64,000 bases of DNA from an uncultured Candidatus Izemoplasmatales bacterium (GTDB lineage: Bacteria; Bacillota_I; Bacilli_A; Izemoplasmatales; Hujiaoplasmataceae): NCBI GenBank assembly GCA_964655885.1, contig CAZZPD010000001.1, forward strand, positions 11,441 to 75,440, read 5' to 3'. This document shows, piece after piece, positions 61,958-64,000 of this stretch. The notes under the pieces were generated by a model, which searched no databases, was not told where the DNA came from, and saw only the letters and a list, made by a program, of their open reading frames with translations. The translations under genes and the position numbers were made by a program. Within the stretch, counting starts at the first letter, position 1; every line of letters starts with the position of its first letter.

Positions 61958-63250
61958 ATGAATAGAATAAAGAAATTAATTTTATTAATAACATTAATTC
62001 TCATTACACTAAGTAATGCTTTTTCTATTTCTGTATTTGCTGCTGAAAAAGCAGATTTAATTCAAGCTAGGGATAATTTGCAAGCAGTAATTGACAATCA
62101 AGACAATTCTTTAAATGGCAATTCATATTATGAGGCAACATCATATCATTCATTTCTTGAAGCAATTAATGTTTTTGGTGGAATATTAGGGGTACAAGCT
62201 GTAATTGACGACGATTTAGCTGAACAGAATGAGATTGATGATTTAGTTACTGCAATTAATGATGCAATAGCTGGATTAGTTACCTATGTAACATACAATT
62301 TAGTTTTAAACAATCTAAATCAAGCAAAATCTATTACTTCAAATACGTACACTCAGGATTCTATAGTTTTATATTATGCTGAATTAACAAGAATTGAATT
62401 AATTTTGTTTAATCCAACAGCGGGAGAAACAATAATAGCCGCACTTAATGATGATATTATTAATGCTTTTACCATATTGCTTCAACTAGCTGACAATAGC
62501 AGCTTGTTAGAAACATATAACGAACTTATTAATAAAGACATTAGTGAATATACAACAAATTCAGGAATTCTTTATAATTTAGAATTAGATAGATTATATG
62601 ATTTGATAGTTAGTCCAAACTTAGACTCTACACTATCACAACAAATAATTAATGATTTAAACATTGTAGAAGATTTATTGGTGGATTTACCAGAATATTC
62701 CGCATTACAAGGGGCTTATGATTCAACCGATGAATATAAAGAAGAAGATTATTCTGCCAGTTCATATCAAGCAATGTTAGATGCTAAATCTGATGCTTTA
62801 TATACACTTTCAAATTTAAACGCAACTCAAACAGAAGTCGATTTATCAGAAACCAATCTATTAAATGCAATAGCTGAATTATCAAGAAAAATTGATACCA
62901 TATATATTAATGAAGGAGATCAATTAGATATAAATCAATATATAACTTTAGGCCAAGCAAACGTTATTAATTATAGCGTTGCAGATGATGAAATATTGAC
63001 CGTTGATAACACCGGTCAAGTTCAAGGAATTGGATTTGGAGAAACCACAGTATCAATTGAATTAGATAATAGCGCGATAGAGATTATTACAATATTTGTT
63101 AAAGCAAAACCGGGAGTAGCGGTTTATGTATTAACCTTTTCTTTGCCTTTAGCTAGTATCGGACTAGGCTTTGGTATGATTTATGTTAAGAAAGACACTT
63201 GGAAAAAAATTTTCAATGTGACAAAAAATTTATTTAAAAGAAAAAAGTAG
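61958..63250 (+). CDS. Membrane-anchored acidic surface protein with FIVAR-like helical repeats and an Ig-like (Big_2-type) domain
   Basis: Signal peptide (VFA-A), about 4 repeats starting Y(T/S)xxS, ILTVDNTGQVQGIGFGETTVSI, C-terminal TM and basic tail. Confidence 0.65.
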   Translation: MNRIKKLILLITLILITLSNAFSISVFAAEKADLIQARDNLQAVIDNQDNSLNGNSYYEATSYHSFLEAINVFGGILGVQAVIDDDLAEQNEIDDLVTAINDAIAGLVTYVTYNLVLNNLNQAKSITSNTYTQDSIVLYYAELTRIELILFNPTAGETIIAALNDDIINAFTILLQLADNSSLLETYNELINKDISEYTTNSGILYNLELDRLYDLIVSPNLDSTLSQQIINDLNIVEDLLVDLPEYSALQGAYDSTDEYKEEDYSASSYQAMLDAKSDALYTLSNLNATQTEVDLSETNLLNAIAELSRKIDTIYINEGDQLDINQYITLGQANVINYSVADDEILTVDNTGQVQGIGFGETTVSIELDNSAIEIITIFVKAKPGVAVYVLTFSLPLASIGLGFGMIYVKKDTWKKIFNVTKNLFKRKK

Positions 63251-63283
63251 ATGTGTTATAATAAATTTACAGGAGGGGATTCT

Positions 63284-63556
63284 ATGAGTGCAACAAAAAG
63301 ATTGTATAGAGATGTAGATAACGGAAAAATTTCTGGAGTATGCGCTGGTCTATCTGATTATTTAGATATAGACGTAACGGTTATAAGAGTTATTTGGTTA
63401 GTGTTAGTTCTCTGTGCAGGAACAGGTCTTTTAGCATATATTATTATGGCTTTGGTAGTGGAACCAAAAGACAGAGTTTTAAAGCAAATGAGAAGAGATC
63501 ATATGGAAGAACCAAAAGAAGATAACGATGATCCATTTGCTAAGTATGATAAATAG
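63284..63556 (+). CDS. PspC-domain membrane protein
   Basis: KRLYR...ISGVCAGLSDYL, LLAYII; start at ATG 63284. Confidence 0.9.
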   Translation: MSATKRLYRDVDNGKISGVCAGLSDYLDIDVTVIRVIWLVLVLCAGTGLLAYIIMALVVEPKDRVLKQMRRDHMEEPKEDNDDPFAKYDK

Positions 63557-63576
63557 ACATTAGTTTTACATAAAAA

Positions 63577-63611
63577 ATATAAAGTCACCTTAAATGGTGG
63601 CTTTTTATATT
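63577..63611 (+). terminator. Terminator after pspC-like gene
   Basis: AAAGTCACC-ttaaat-GGTGGCTTTT. Confidence 0.75.
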
Positions 63612-63907
63612 AATTTAGTTGGTATTTAAAATTAGTTAGTATAGAAAAACAAGGGACAACCATCACCATATATATACCTAATAATCAAATAATAATAAAA
63701 TAAATAAACAAAATCCTTTAATCATTATAAAGGCTTTTTATTTTAGCGATTTAATGGTTAAAATAAAAATATGCGTTATGAATTTTAATAAAAATGGTAG
63801 TTTTATAAACAAAAAATAAAATATTTTTTTATATGCAAAAAAACGAAATATACATAGTTTTTTTATACAAACAAGAGTATAATTATTTAAAAAAGGAGGT
63901 GCTTGAT

Positions 63908-64000
63908 ATGGAAGAATATAAATTAAGAAAAAATATAGTTTGTATAGACTTAAAAAGTTTCTACGCATCAGTAGAATGCGCAATATCAGGCCTTGATCCA
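63908..64000 (+). CDS. Y-family DNA polymerase (UmuC/UvrX-like), 5' part, truncated by window end; not in ORF track
   Basis: AAGGAGGT RBS; MEEYKLRKNIVCIDLKSFYASVECAISGLDP contains the Y-family motif I D.KSFYASVE. Confidence 0.85.
   Translation, partial: MEEYKLRKNIVCIDLKSFYASVECAISGLDP

Noticed and set aside
63868..63881. Possible LexA box CAAAC-AAGA-GTATA overlapping the -10 of the Y-family polymerase
   Set aside because: Too many mismatches to CGAAC-N4-GTTCG to support
63738..63983. 81-aa minus-strand ORF
   Set aside because: Antisense to the Y-family polymerase start, which has a strong RBS and motif

Overview
Very AT-rich bacterial chromosome window spanning the replication origin. Genes left of ~45 kb lie mostly on the minus strand and genes to the right mostly on the plus strand. 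The rnpA-rpmH / dnaA-dnaN core carries DnaA-box clusters on both sides of dnaA and a B. subtilis-like unwinding module before dnaN. TGA is used as stop and TGG as Trp (code 11). Bacilli-type housekeeping synteny, a GlnRS and the absence of peptidoglycan genes in this window suggest a basal Mollicutes relative (Acholeplasmatales/Izemoplasmatales-like); this is inference. Most genes are housekeeping: tsaEBD/rimI, glnS, pgi, ispDF, hflX, dusB, hslO, glnA, glyA, rsmA, rnmV, gyrAB, recF, mfd, pth, jag, yidC, purA/B, folD and a 7-gene shikimate/tyrA operon. Two genes missed by the ORF track are added: rpmH and a partial Y-family polymerase. No tRNA, rRNA, CRISPR array or intact mobile element was seen. 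Most interesting: (1) a cdaA-centred cluster in which cdaR-glmM is replaced by a pseudo-oxidoreductase-SCP2-TM protein and a TM-PAS-degenerate-GGDEF protein, between a YfhO/GT2/GtrA glycosylation trio and ispDF (candidate lipid-sensing c-di-AMP system); (2) a stand-alone TM-HEPN-(PD-(D/E)xK-like) protein; (3) a pseudo-receiver ANTAR protein with a consensus ANTAR hairpin at the predicted 5' end of the glnA mRNA; (4) YidC fused to a BLIP/DUF3862-like domain; (5) a rearranged oriC neighbourhood. All domain calls are by eye from motifs; no database searches were run.
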